Shown here piece after piece: positions 39,646-51,679 of a stretch of DNA of 64,000 bases. Position 1 is the first letter of the stretch. Each line of letters starts with the position of its first letter. A model generated the notes under the pieces. It was not told the origin of the DNA. It did no database searches and saw only the letters and a list, made by a program, of their open reading frames with translations. Location of the stretch: the NCBI GenBank assembly GCA_051294375.1, contig CM119266.1:1059554-1123553 (forward strand). Reading direction: 5' to 3'. Source of the DNA: Paraspadella gotoi (taxonomy: Eukaryota; Animalia; Chaetognatha). The position numbers and the translations under genes are program-made.

Positions 39646-42600
39646 TCAAACGGTCAAGTCAAAGGAATCCTGTTCCCACGGCTTCTTTACCCACTGACCC
39701 AAGCCTGAATGAAAATTTTGTACAAGATTAGACTAATGGTCGTCATTTTAATCAATTCTTGATATTCATTATATATAAAGTTTTTTAAAGATTAATAAAA
39801 GTTAGTCGTTTTTTGGGCGTAACTCTTATTCCTCTATTCCATCCAAACGCAACTTACTTAACCAAAACTCCTTACCCTGTCTTCCAAAGGCGGCGATCAT
39901 CCTGTTCTTCAAAGCGTGATAGTCGACGGCCAACTGTTTCACGTCGAAGTAGCAGCGAGAGTTAAGCTCGAAGGGGTCGACGCGGGCATCGCCCGAAGCG
40001 GGTCGTCCCGAATCAGAGATGACGGCTGGAATACGGCCGCAGAGCTGAGTCCACCGATCGAAGAAGCGACGCTTGCAGAGGCGAGAGGCGCGCCCCTCCT
40101 CGTCTTTTCCTGGATACGATTCAATGAAAAAAAAATATTAAAAGCGGAAAATTATAAGGATTAGAAAGTTAAAAACGTTTCTACATTCCATTTGTTTTCA
40201 ACTTTGATATTAAGACAATCTTTTTTCATAAGATGAAAACTCCATGATTTATCAGTCGTTGTCCCCCGGTAAACAACCTGTCATTGCGTTGATGACCTCG
40301 AGACCAACGTCGCCCGTTGTCCAGTTTACGCTAAAGTTGGGCGCTTTGCCCGGTTGTCGGGACTCGGAGTTGCTGATGCCCGTCAGAAGGGGTTTGTTCA
40401 CTCGATACCTAGAAGATGAGAGTGATATCTGTGACAGTAAAAAAACGTTTGATTCATAACGTTTGCCATTAAATTTTCTTTATTTTATCAAAGTAGATAA
40501 AATGAGTTTTAGTTTTATATCGAGTGGTCGCACTCCTCTTCATCTCAGCTCAACTAACAACAAATTGTTGTGTTTGGACTGAAACATCATACCCTTCTTT
40601 GACGGCTTCTCCGGGGCACCAGTCTGCACCGAGACGACCGTACATTGCTCGGGAGAGGTGCTCGGCGTGATATAGCGATCCCAGAATCACGCTGTCCAGG
40701 TAAATCGGCTCCACGAAATGACTCAGGAGAGACCCTTTTAATCGTTAAATTATGAAATATTGCTTTAAAATCGTTCTTAATAAATACAATTTTGTTGTTA
40801 ATTTGACGAGAAATTACAAGATTTTTTCGTCATACTTCATAAAGCGATGAGTGACTGAAGTTATGAGGTAAAAATCTTATTCATCGGGAAAATTATGGGG
40901 AGAGGGGAAACATTTCGTCGTTGCTAAAACCGAACATCAACATGCAAAAAGTCTCGGTCATTACCACCTGGACAGTAAGGATTTCTATACATTAATCGCT
41001 TTTGAAGGGGTTAAGTTAAGATTCTAACAAATCTAAAGAAATAATAGTCGAAAGTTTTGCAAAAAAATAGAAGCAAAATTACGACATAAGCTTTTGAATA
41101 GACTAAAAATAAAAAGTAAAAGAAATACGCGTTTACCGGCCGAGTAATTAACTTTAACTTTTTGCATGTTCCGCGATTCAGGCAAGAGTCAAGCGCCACC
41201 TGTGACAAAAACATTAGAAACAATAAAGGATAGAAGAAATAATTTTTGAACATTATTGCACGATTGACTTGCTGCAGTCTTGAAAATCCAAAGTAAAATG
41301 CGAGCCATATTTGATTACTTCATACGAAGGAGAAATCGGAAATTATTTTGGGAAAAATGATCATTGATATATATATATATATACAACATATAATTGAAGG
41401 TTGACGATTAAAAATACCTTGAAGGCCGACGATGTTCCATTTGGCAATTTTATCACTGCAGGACATGGTCAACAACCGTTCACCTGGTCAGAAAAATGCA
41501 ATCGGTGACTTGAGTCTTGAAGATCCAGCACCCGACTCCCAAATCACCTTGCAACACGCCGTCCCAAGTTTGAATCCCGCTGCTGGCGTTTCGGACGGGA
41601 ATTGTTCCTTCGCCGGATTCAATCTTCGTGCGGAGTTGCCCGCGCGCCCGCCGATTTGGGTGCCGGTCCGAGGAGCTCTCCCCTTCGAAGAGAAAGATAA
41701 GAAAACTGGAACTCGCACAAATTGACACCGAGTTTCAAATTTAATTTTTTCCCCAACTCTGCTTCTGAGTTTTTTTTTTCAACGACCGAAACCTCCATTC
41801 GACCCAGGCCTCACCCCTTCAAAAAAACTCACCCTCCCCCGCGTTGACTTCGTGCGGCGAAAATATCCTGGCGTCTCCACAGGGTGAAGTTGAGATGTAG
41901 AGGTGGAACTGAATCTCGCCCTTGAGCTGGAATCCGGGCTGGCCGTCGTCGCGCAGCTCAAAGACGGAGGCGTTGGCGGCGGAGTCGTCGCTCGCGTCTA
42001 GATGGAGCTTGAGTTGGTCGTAGAAGAAGCGGAGGAGGCCACGACGGGCCACGATCTCCGCGTGGCAGTCGTTGAGGGCTTGCCCCTGGGGAGGAGACAA
42101 AAGTTGAAGGTTAGCGGATAAGAAAAACAAAAGGGAGGGACGGTTGGGGAGGGAAATTTGAGGATTGAAAGAGGGGGATAAAAAATGGGGCAGAAAAGTA
42201 GGGAGAGAAAAGAAATAAAATAAAAAATCTGGATTGACGACAAATTTTGATACTAAATAAAATAAAATTTGAGAAAAATTTATAAACAGAAAGAAAAATT
42301 ATATTTTGCGATTGTAAATTAAAAAAAAATAATAAAGTACAGAGGATAATTAAAGTTACAGTTTCTGAAAAAAAATTTAAAAAAATTCATTGTCAAAAAA
42401 TAAACTGATCAGCAGACGCAGCCCCTGAGAAAAAAAAAAGAAACAAAAACCCGATGTTGAGATAGCAAAATGATAACATGCACGAATGCGATACCTAATT
42501 TTACGAGTTCAATCCTAATTCAATTTTTTTTTAAATAAAAACGCTGAGAGAGAGAGAGAGAGAAAGAAAAAAAAAGAAATCAAAAGGCAGCATCAGAAGC

Positions 42601-45600
42601 AGCAGGAGAAAAGAGAGAAAAAGAGAGAGCCGCTGCAGAGCCAGCTGCAGATTCGTTTTTATTTTCCCGATGAATCAGCACTGGGGAACAGAGAGAGAGA
42701 CAGCTACATATATTTAAAAGAGAAAAGAGAGAGAGAAGGAAACATAAAAATAAAAGAGAGAAAATTTGTTTGTTTTGATAAAACAAACAAAAAATATATA
42801 ATAACTGTCCTGACTCAATTTTAAGCACATCGATGACGAGAAGCTGTATATAAATTTTCAGCTTCATACATTCAAATTTAATCATAAAAAAGGCGATCTA
42901 AAATTTGGAACGCCAACGACGACGACGCCACTTATGAGCAAAACCACAGCAATATCGTTGCAAACGCAAAGCGATTGCGACGATAAAAAGAAAGAGGAGA
43001 GAAAAGAAATAAAATAAAAAAGAAAGGGAAGAGAAGAGCTGTTGAAAAATAAAAAGGGTGCGTAAAACATATTTTCAGGGATAATGCAAAAAAATGGAAA
43101 ACAATTTTAAATTTCTTTATTATCTTTCCTTTTTTTAAAAACGGTAACGCGAGCACAAAAGGACAAGAGAATAACTTACCTTGTCCGACATATACTCTCC
43201 GTTGATACACTTTGTTCCCGTTCCCAGAGAAATGACTTTCGCAGTCTCGGCGGCTTCGGCGTCGTCGGCCGATGACGTCATCACAATCCCGGCCAAGACT
43301 TTTCGACGTGCATTGGGGGATTGGAAGCCGTCCGTCAACTGAAGGAAACAAAAATAGAGAAGGAAATATTTATAATAGGAGGAAAAAGTAACCGTGACTG
43401 CAGAATAAATTTTCAGACCTCATAATCCTCGAAATACATCTTAACCACTGGTTAATAACCAGCTTACATAAAAGAGACGAAAGATTCAATCGAAATTATG
43501 GCTTTAACCCCATTTTAACGCATAACGCCAGTTCCCAACTCCTTGTGTTACACGAAATTAAATTCAGATCGAAAAGCATTGCTGCATTGGTTAATACTCG
43601 GGAGGATCAGTCATCGGATTTTTCTTCGTCCAAAACCGATTGACTCAATAAAAGTTAACAGAAAAAACAAATTTCGATCATCAAGAATCGATCGGGCCGA
43701 CCTTACCTCAGAAAACTTTTGCAATACAATCTTCGCGATTTTGTCGGCCAAAGCCTGTTGGCAACCCAATCTTGACACCGAGGTTTGAGTTCCTTGCCGG
43801 GGTATCGGTGCCAAACCTGAATCCACAAAAATCAAATAAAAATTCGAAGAAAGGGAAAAGAAACCAAAACCCGGACGAACCCGCTCTGGTTTTGGTGAAG
43901 TCCATCCCGAAGAGTTTAGTGAGAGCCGCCTGCGCACATCGACTCTTGGCCAACTTCTTGTTACGCGCGGAACCTTCGAATCTTTGGCCATCGATAGTCA
44001 CCGCCAGACTGAAGACCTGAACAGTGAGGAATATTCCGAGTTTCTAACTCAAGGCTTATTGGTTAAAATTTTAAAACATGCTTGTGGGGAGAAATAAGGA
44101 CGATCGTAAAACATTTACCAAGCCGTTAATAACATGTAGCTCTTGTTGTCCCGAATGCATCGCAACCATTAAACTTTTCCCCGAGAAAAATTTAAACGGA
44201 AACTCTCACGAAAAAGAGGGTTTAGAGAGTAAGCTCGGATGGAGGACTAAAGTCTGACTCATCAAACAACCAAATGAACCATATAACCAGATAACCCAAC
44301 TAAACAACTAACCAACCAACCATGGCAACCAACCATACCTTGGCGTGACTCTCTCCACTCTCCGAAACGAATTCGTACTTTAATCCCGGTTTCAGTTCGT
44401 TCAAAATCATGACGGGGTTTTTACCCGGCGGCGGCGGCGACGCGTCGCCGGCTTCGTCGGCGCCGGAATTCGTCTCGGCGCCATCGGGTGAGGCGCCGTT
44501 TCCGCCGGCATCGTCCTCCATCGGGGTGGGCTCGTTGGCTGAAGAAGAGGATGAGAAAAATGAAGAGGCTGCCCCAGAGGAGTCGTCATCGCCACGGAAC
44601 GAGCGTCCGTGACCGTGTCTGTGGTTGCGTTTCTGACTCGATCGTTTGTGGTGGGCGCCGTTGTGATTGTTTTTCGGGGATTTGTTTTTGTTTCTGTTGT
44701 TTTTAGTTTTGAGAGCGACGGGGGGCTTGGCGCGGGGCGATGGGGCGTTGGGAGAGGATCGGCCGGGTCGGTCGGAAAAAGGAGGTGACGCGTTGTCGGG
44801 ATGGGAGGAGAGTTGGCGATCGTGCGATGACGCTTCCAAATCCGCCGAAGAAGAGAAAGAGTTTTGGGACGAAAAATCAAAACTCGTGACGCCGGAAAAA
44901 CGGGCAGTGGCCGATGTAAAGGCCGCGGCGGCGCCAGGAAACGCCATGGCCCCGGGGGGCGAGTGAAAACCTCGCGGTGCCTCGCTCGGCGAGAAGAACC
45001 TCGGAGCAACGACGGGCATTGCCGGGTAGAGGGACAACGGCTCGCCGGGATAGGCGCAAGACGAGGGTCGCGGTCCAAGCGACGAGCCGTTTGTGGCTAA
45101 GCGTTTGTTGGGTTTCGACCTTTTGCCGAGTGAATCTTTTTTGTGTTTTTTGGTGGACGCGCCAACGACGACTTTCTCGCCCTTCGGGCCGTCGGGTCCG
45201 CCCTCCTCGCCGCCGCCACCGCCGCCGCTCTCGAAGGCTTTGAAAATGGTAGTGTCTTTGACGGAGTTGTCGGCGCCGTGAAAGTGGTCATCGGAGGTAA
45301 AATCGGTCACTCCCTCCAGCGACTTGTCCTTACCCATGGCGCGATGAGCGGAAGGAGCGTCGGCGAATTGAATGAACGATTTGAGCGCCGCTTCCGCCGC
45401 CGCCAATTTTGCTTGCTTTTTTGTGCGACCCTCACCGGCATAGCTCTGGAGATGCAAAAGTTAGTCGGGTAAGTAAAATATCAATTCGCTTCGTCAATTT
45501 TCTTACTCTCCCACATTCTCCTTCCTTACCGTGCCATTAACGTCAACTTCCACCGTGAAGACTGGCGAGTGAACGGGTCCCGTCTGCGACACAAACTTGT

Positions 45601-45927
45601 AATCGAGTCCGGGTTTGATCTCGTTCAACTGCATGACGGCGTTCTTGCCGCTCTGACCCAGCCCAGGCCCCATAGGCGGGCCCTTGCGCTTCTTGAATGG
45701 CGGCACCCCGGGAGGAGGATAAAAGCCGACAAGGTGTGGCGGTGGGGGCGGATAACCGAAGGGCGGGGGATATCCCGCGGACGGGTGAGGGGGAACGCCC
45801 ATAAAGGGCCGCTTCATGCCCGGCATTCCGGAACGCGGAATACCCTGGTGATAGGGCATCTCGGGGTCGATGGGTTCCGGGGGCGCCGAGTTGGCCGGGG
45901 AAAGTGCGGTCGAGGGAGAGTCGCGGC
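39646..45927 (-). CDS. ADARB1: dsRNA-specific adenosine deaminase, ADAR2 (ADARB1)-like; first exon(s) lie further upstream
   Basis: dsRBM1 [36 protein letters not shown]; dsRBM2 [29 protein letters not shown]; deaminase motifs [70 protein letters not shown]. Stop at 39646-39648. Confidence 0.96.
42224..42988 (-). mobile_element. HINE-like family B copy in an ADAR intron
   Basis: aaaaatctggattgacgacaaattttgatac ... atcgttgcaaacgcaaagcgattgcgacgataaaaa, homologous to the other family B copies. Confidence 0.8.
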
Positions 45928-46776
45928 CTGAGAATTAGAGAGAGACCAAACCCAAGATGATTTTTTTTTCCAAGGATTTTTTTCCAAAGTTAAAATGAAA
46001 TGGAAAAAAAAGTGGAATAGAAAAAGTGTTCGTCGCGTTATGGATGGATCATCGAGGCCGAATAAAAAAAAAGAGCCGACGAACAAGACGAGAAGAATTC
46101 GACGATCGATCCTCGACTCGACAGAAATCTGTTGAGCAAATATACACCGTCGCGGGGTCTGGCCTTTTCCCCCGGGGAAAACGAGGATGATTCACTAGTG
46201 TGAGAGAGAGTGAGAGACCATGGCATTCCAATCCCGGTGCCAAAGTAAGAGAGAGAGAGAAAGATAGAGAGACGGTAAAACGGAATATTTTGAGAAAAAG
46301 AAAAGATAAGATTCGTACAGCCGTTTGGTAACAGCAGATAAAAATATTACGCAACTGATTTTGATGAGAGACCCGGACACCATGAACCTCGCGATTGGCG
46401 ATTGTAGGATAATGTTGAGTTGAATTCGCTGGATCGAGTGGAGAGAAAGAGAGAGAGAGAGAGAGTCGGGGCCCTCTCCTCGTCAGATTGAGGCGGACGC
46501 GAGGATCGATCGCGATTTTCTCCCCCGACCGCCGAGTTGGGGGCGAGGTGAAAAAGAGGATAGAATTATAGGGCAAAAAGGGGTAACGACCGAGGTTCGT
46601 CGCTAAAGAGACGATAAACGAAAGCCGCGGGAAATATTCGAGTGAATGTGAGTCGGTCGACGACGGATGAAATCGCACTTTTGCGTTATCGACAGAGAAA
46701 CGAAAAAGTTCGAAGAGAGATTTCAAAAAGGTAAATGTTACGTTTTATTCTCATTCTTTAACACATTTATATTATA

Positions 46777-47556
46777 CAGAGTGCCTCAAGCGTACTGTCA
46801 CTTTACAAATGAATGCAGTGAATCAGTACAGTTTTAAATAATGCATTTACTGTACTCATTGGATTCGGGGAATTCTTACAGTTTTATATGTTTTTATTTT
46901 CAAAATCAAACAATTGTTTCAAATTTTATCAGCATTGAAATCAAAAGTCGGAAATACTTTTTATCATTTTAAAATTTTTAAATCTTTCCAACTCCTGACA
47001 GATTTTCACCATATTCCATCTAGATTTCAAATTATTTTATGGGTTTTAATTGAAAGAATATTACGGATATGCACATGGTTTTATAAATGAGCCAAACTGC
47101 AGTCAGCTGGAAAATAGTTTCAGCAATAAAAGTATTCTATGCATCCAACATCATAAGTTGCATATAAAATTTATAGCCTTTATCAGTTTCCTCAAGCTAA
47201 ATTTGATGAGCGTCTATGAAAACAAATTTTCTTCAAAATCATTCTCTACATCTTTTTCTGAAATCATTATCATCACCGTCAATCACTCCCATTTTACAAA
47301 AATATTGGGCATAAACGATGCGGCCTCCGTAATTTAACACGCACAATAGTTTTTTCTACCCAAAAGCTGGACAACTACAAATTTAATATCACCAAAACTT
47401 TTGAGCCTTCATTTAAACTGCCTATTGTGCGAATAAAATTGCAAAAATGTTTCAACTTATCTTTCTGGTGGTTCTTAAAAATTAAAAATTCCCCTTACCT
47501 ATTTTACACAGCCTTCATTTGTGGTGTGACAGTACGCTTGGTCTAGAGACACTCTG
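46777..47556. mobile_element. Tc1/mariner-type non-autonomous element, TA TSD
   Basis: TA-cagagtgcctcaagcgtactgtcac ... gtgacagtacgcttggtctagagacactctg-TA. No intact transposase. A related single end may lie at ~49158. Confidence 0.75.
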
Positions 47557-49657
47557 TATATCAGTGTCGATTGGTTTGGAAATTTGCGAATCAATGCGCC
47601 TCATCTGACCCCCCCCTTTTTCCCTGGCGTTGTTTAGAAATGCACATAACGGCATATCAAAAAGCAACTAAGCAAGCAAAAAAGACAATTTTACATTTGA
47701 TGAACGATGTATAATTTTGTTTTATTTAATGGCGGCTTTTATCAGTGCTGAAAAGACCATAAAAAACTAACTCATAGAGGTAAAACGTTAAAGTTTACTT
47801 GGTGTAATCGATGAGACTAAATTAGCCAACCAATTCGTTTTCCAACGATTTTCTTTTCACAAGCATATAAAAACCAGACTTGGATTTAAAATTCAACTTT
47901 CGCAACTTTTCCCCCTTTTTAAATCGAAGCGGGAGAATAAAACGACGGTGAATTTCCGCGATGAAAGCCGATGCAACAAAAAGAGCTCCGGCTCATCAAT
48001 GGACCTCTTAAGTAAAAGGCCTTTGTGCGAAACAAAAACGAAAGTGATATTTTTCCCCTGAGAATTTTTTTTAGTTGCCAACGAAGGGGAGAAAAAAACA
48101 AGGCATTTACCCTTTACATCTCGGAGCTCTTTTCAGCGAATCGCTAACATTCATTCCATAGAATCGAAAAGGAAATTTTTCTCTGCAGTTGCGGGAGAAT
48201 TTGAGAAAAGATGGAACGCCTTTCTTTTTTTTAAAAAGCTCCCAAATGAACGCAGCTTTTTAACCCAAATTGTCGGTTTGATTCATCAATCATCGATCTG
48301 TTTAACTTTCATCAAAACAGTTTCCCCAAGTAAAAGAATGGCATTCGACATTTCGCTATCAATACTAAAAAGAGGGGTGAAATGTAGAACTTTACCATTT
48401 ATCTGCTTTTCTTTGAGAGACTAGCAAAAGTATCTAAAGCAAAATTTGTGTTCTCTTACTCCTGGAAAGGAGCATAGCCGTCGAAAGAAACAAAATTTCA
48501 ACTACCTCGTCCTCCTGACAGAACGACGCCTCCAGGGTGAATAATTTACTTTTTCATCCGAAATACGGCTTTTCTCCCCCTTTCGGAAATTCTGCCTTTT
48601 CACGACAGGGATCATTGTGACGAACGCAGTTATATCTGTCGAAATGTCCACGTCGCCGAAACCAGTGAGAGAGAGTGGAAAGAACGTTAACCATTCTGTA
48701 GTTCCGATGTTTACTATTCAGCGTATTTAGCAAGAAACCATCAGTCGGGTTGATGTAAGCCGTTCGAAAAGGTAATTTTTTTTATATTCTCTTCCCCCAT
48801 TTTCCATCCCAATCCCCCTCAAGCCAGAGAAAGAACAATGAACTAAATAGAAGGGGGGGGGAGAAAGAAGGAGGATTCGAGGAATTTTGTGAAAGGAAAG
48901 GAGGACGAAGATGCGGTGTCGATGAAAAAATGAAAAAGTGAATAGCCATCGGGCAAAAACGAAAAAAAAATGTTAAGAGTTGCGATTGGGAATTCCAAGA
49001 AACAAGCTTACAACATCGCCAGGATAAGCTTTGTATAATTCAAACTCTAATACCAGTTAGTTATTTGAGCCAATTTAACATTTTAAAAGAAATGATTATT
49101 CATAGGATGTAAGATTCAATACGGAGGGTAATGGGTCTGTACAAACGCTCGACACTGTACAGAGTGTATAAGCCAAGCGATTGTGGTGGCATGAATAGAA
49201 ATCTATGAAATTAAAATCAAAAGGGGGTTCAAAACTTTAGTCTTGGGAGTTTACTTTCAGGTAAAAAAAGATTTTTTTAAAAAGTTGAATTTTAATGCTT
49301 TTATTGTTGCAATCATTTTCCCATAAGCCTCCAGAACGTATTCAACTCCAGGATCGCACAAATTGTTTTAAAAAATGTCAAAATTTTCGTTTGAGCAGGT
49401 GCTCAATTCAAATTTCTTAACCACCTTACTTATGAATCTCGAAGATCGAAATTCATAATTTCACTGCATTAAATTAGGAGCAACAAAATGGTTTATTTGT
49501 ACTAAATTTCTTAATCTTCAAATTTCTGTAATAAAATAATTATTTACTAATCTAAAACTAAAAAGTAACGAAGTATTATTATATCTAAAAAACAATTTTT
49601 TAATCTAATTCTTCATGCCTAACCAACCATCTTTAACAATCAATCTACAAAACTTAC

Positions 49658-50252
49658 CCTCGAGAGCATTCATAAGCCGGTCCCCGTCAGATGCCATGGT
49701 TGAATGAAGTTCAGATCCAATCAATCCATAAGTGTAATTTCTCGGAATTATCTTCGATATTAATCGTTTATACCAATTTCGGTTTCTCTGTTTAACAAAA
49801 TTTAAAACTAACTGATGTTCAACATATGCATATGTACAAATAACCTAGACTTAAATTGCGAAAAAGGATTCGTAAGATTTTTCTTAATGAAATTATCATA
49901 ATATTAGGTATATGTTTATCAAAACAATACTAACTACCGACTGCCACTGATACAAGAGACATGACATTCCTTTATTATATTGACAAAACCAGCTGATAGT
50001 CGAAGAAAGAATGGCTGGCGCCGAGTTCCGAGTTCGTACCGAAGCACATCGGACAAAAAGACATTCGGAAAAACCTCATTTCCATGACCATGTCAACCAC
50101 TACAAATTCAATTACCCACGTAAGACTTTTCTCCCCAAAAATTTAATTTGAATTAAAAAAGACTATATAAAATAATAAATTAATTGAAGGATTACCTCTG
50201 ATGTGATTAACTTCTTCCGTTTGAAGTAGAGCTCCACTTGTTTAACCTTCAT
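49658..50252 (-). CDS. Candidate upstream coding exons (50252-50196 and 49787-49658), possibly the 5' end of ADAR
   Basis: MKVKQVELYFKRKKLITSE|gtaatc spliced to RNRNWYKRL..MASDGDRLMNALE-G|gtaagt is an open frame. The phase-1 end matches the phase-1 ADAR acceptor at 45927. Confidence 0.4.
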
Positions 50253-50667
50253 TCCGTGAATATAAATAGGGATAAATTAACATTAATGTACGACGTAATT
50301 AATAATAAATTTTGGATATTTAGTACAATGATCAGCGTCCGAAATGATAACGCTTTTTATTTGGAAATTAAAACTAAAATTTTTTAAAAGGACCATTAAG
50401 CTATTTTCTAATCGTGATAGTGATTAAAAAATAATACGTCTAATTAAAACATTGTGCCTTTTAATTAAATTCAAAACTTTTGATAATAAAAGCAAGTTGT
50501 ATGTACATTGTACAGTTGTACACGTTTTCATAGAAATTACACTGAAAATATAGCAATAGGGCAACAAAAACACGGTCAAAGATCACTGGAAATATCTTTT
50601 TGATTCCACAGGTAGATTTAAATTAAAGCTGGTTCGAACATAATATCAATAATGATTCAGAAAATAA

Positions 50668-51210
50668 TTAGTCTGTTTTTAGCGACATCATGCGAGCTTT
50701 TGATTTTTGTGCAATTGAGGTTCAACGTCCGTGACCAAATCCAAGAGATATGAGAGAACTTGCTCCTTGTTTCCTATTTGGAACGAATTAAAATTGTTAT
50801 GATAGAAGGTGTTGAGTCAACACTGTTGACACTGTCAACACTGTTGACCTTGCAGACAAAACTCACGATCGTAGGCTCCGTCGATCTCCTGCAGTTTGAC
50901 ATCGGTTTGCCGGTTGATTTTGTCCTCGAGGTCTCCCCTGGATCCCATGTGCTTCGCTTCCATCTCTTTGTACGTCGCCTCACGCTCTTCTTTGTAGGCG
51001 TCCACCTCCGACTGCGCCTCATCCTTCGCCTGTTTAAGTCGTCGAGCCTTTCGTTTTCGCGCCTGGTCCACCTGCCGGGCGGGGAATGAACACAAATTAC
51101 ATTTTAACTAATTAATCAATGTAAAAAAACTTTGTAATTAAACCCACTTTTTCGGCGGCACGCTTCTCGGCGGCCAACAACAGCTGGATTCCCGACGTTT
51201 GCGACGCCAT
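50668..51210 (-). CDS. ATP6V1G: V-type proton ATPase subunit G, 3 exons
   Basis: MASQTSGIQLLLAAEKRAAEK|VDQARKRKARRLKQAKDEAQ..|RNKEQVL..PQLHKN. Exons 51210-51148, 51071-50867 and 50773-50668. Confidence 0.96.
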
Positions 51211-51679
51211 ATTTTTGGACTTCTGCTCGTCTTCGTCGGGCCCCGTGTTAAACTGACAGTAGGAGAGGTCGGATCCTTGATTACGGTTTCGGGGGCGGGG
51301 GGGCGCGTAGAAGTAGCACGGGAGACACGTGGTGAAGTTTGGTTGGAGCGAAACGAGAATCGGGTTTTCTTTTTCTTCCAATGTGGGAGTTTAGTTCTTC
51401 ATTGTTGTTGTTGTTGTTGTTGCATTTCTCACCCTGGCAATGTTTTAGGCTTTTTGGTTGTTCTTGGATATGCTGAGCGCGTAAAAGAAAAACGCGTGAG
51501 GCGAAAAAATTTTGATTTTACTCGTGTAGCCGTAAAAGCTTTTTCGGTACAAAACCAACCAAAGAATTTTATCACAGGGCGGCGACGAAATGGACTTTCA
51601 TGAATCGAGTTTAAAAAAAAAAGTCAAATCGAAAAATGAGCAAATGATAAAGATCTGTTTTTTTTGTTTTGTTATTTTT

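Noticed and set aside
41852-41866. Drosophila-type Ser-to-Gly auto-editing site in RIFSPHE of ADAR
   Set aside because: The Ser codon here is TCG, so A-to-I editing cannot recode it.
46049-46726. 225-aa minus-strand ORF upstream of ADAR
   Set aside because: Non-ATG start, microsatellite-derived residues and no domain; more likely promoter, 5' UTR or intron.
47050-47337. 95-aa ORF inside the TA-flanked element as a transposase
   Set aside because: No DDE or HTH features; the opposite strand is stop-ridden.
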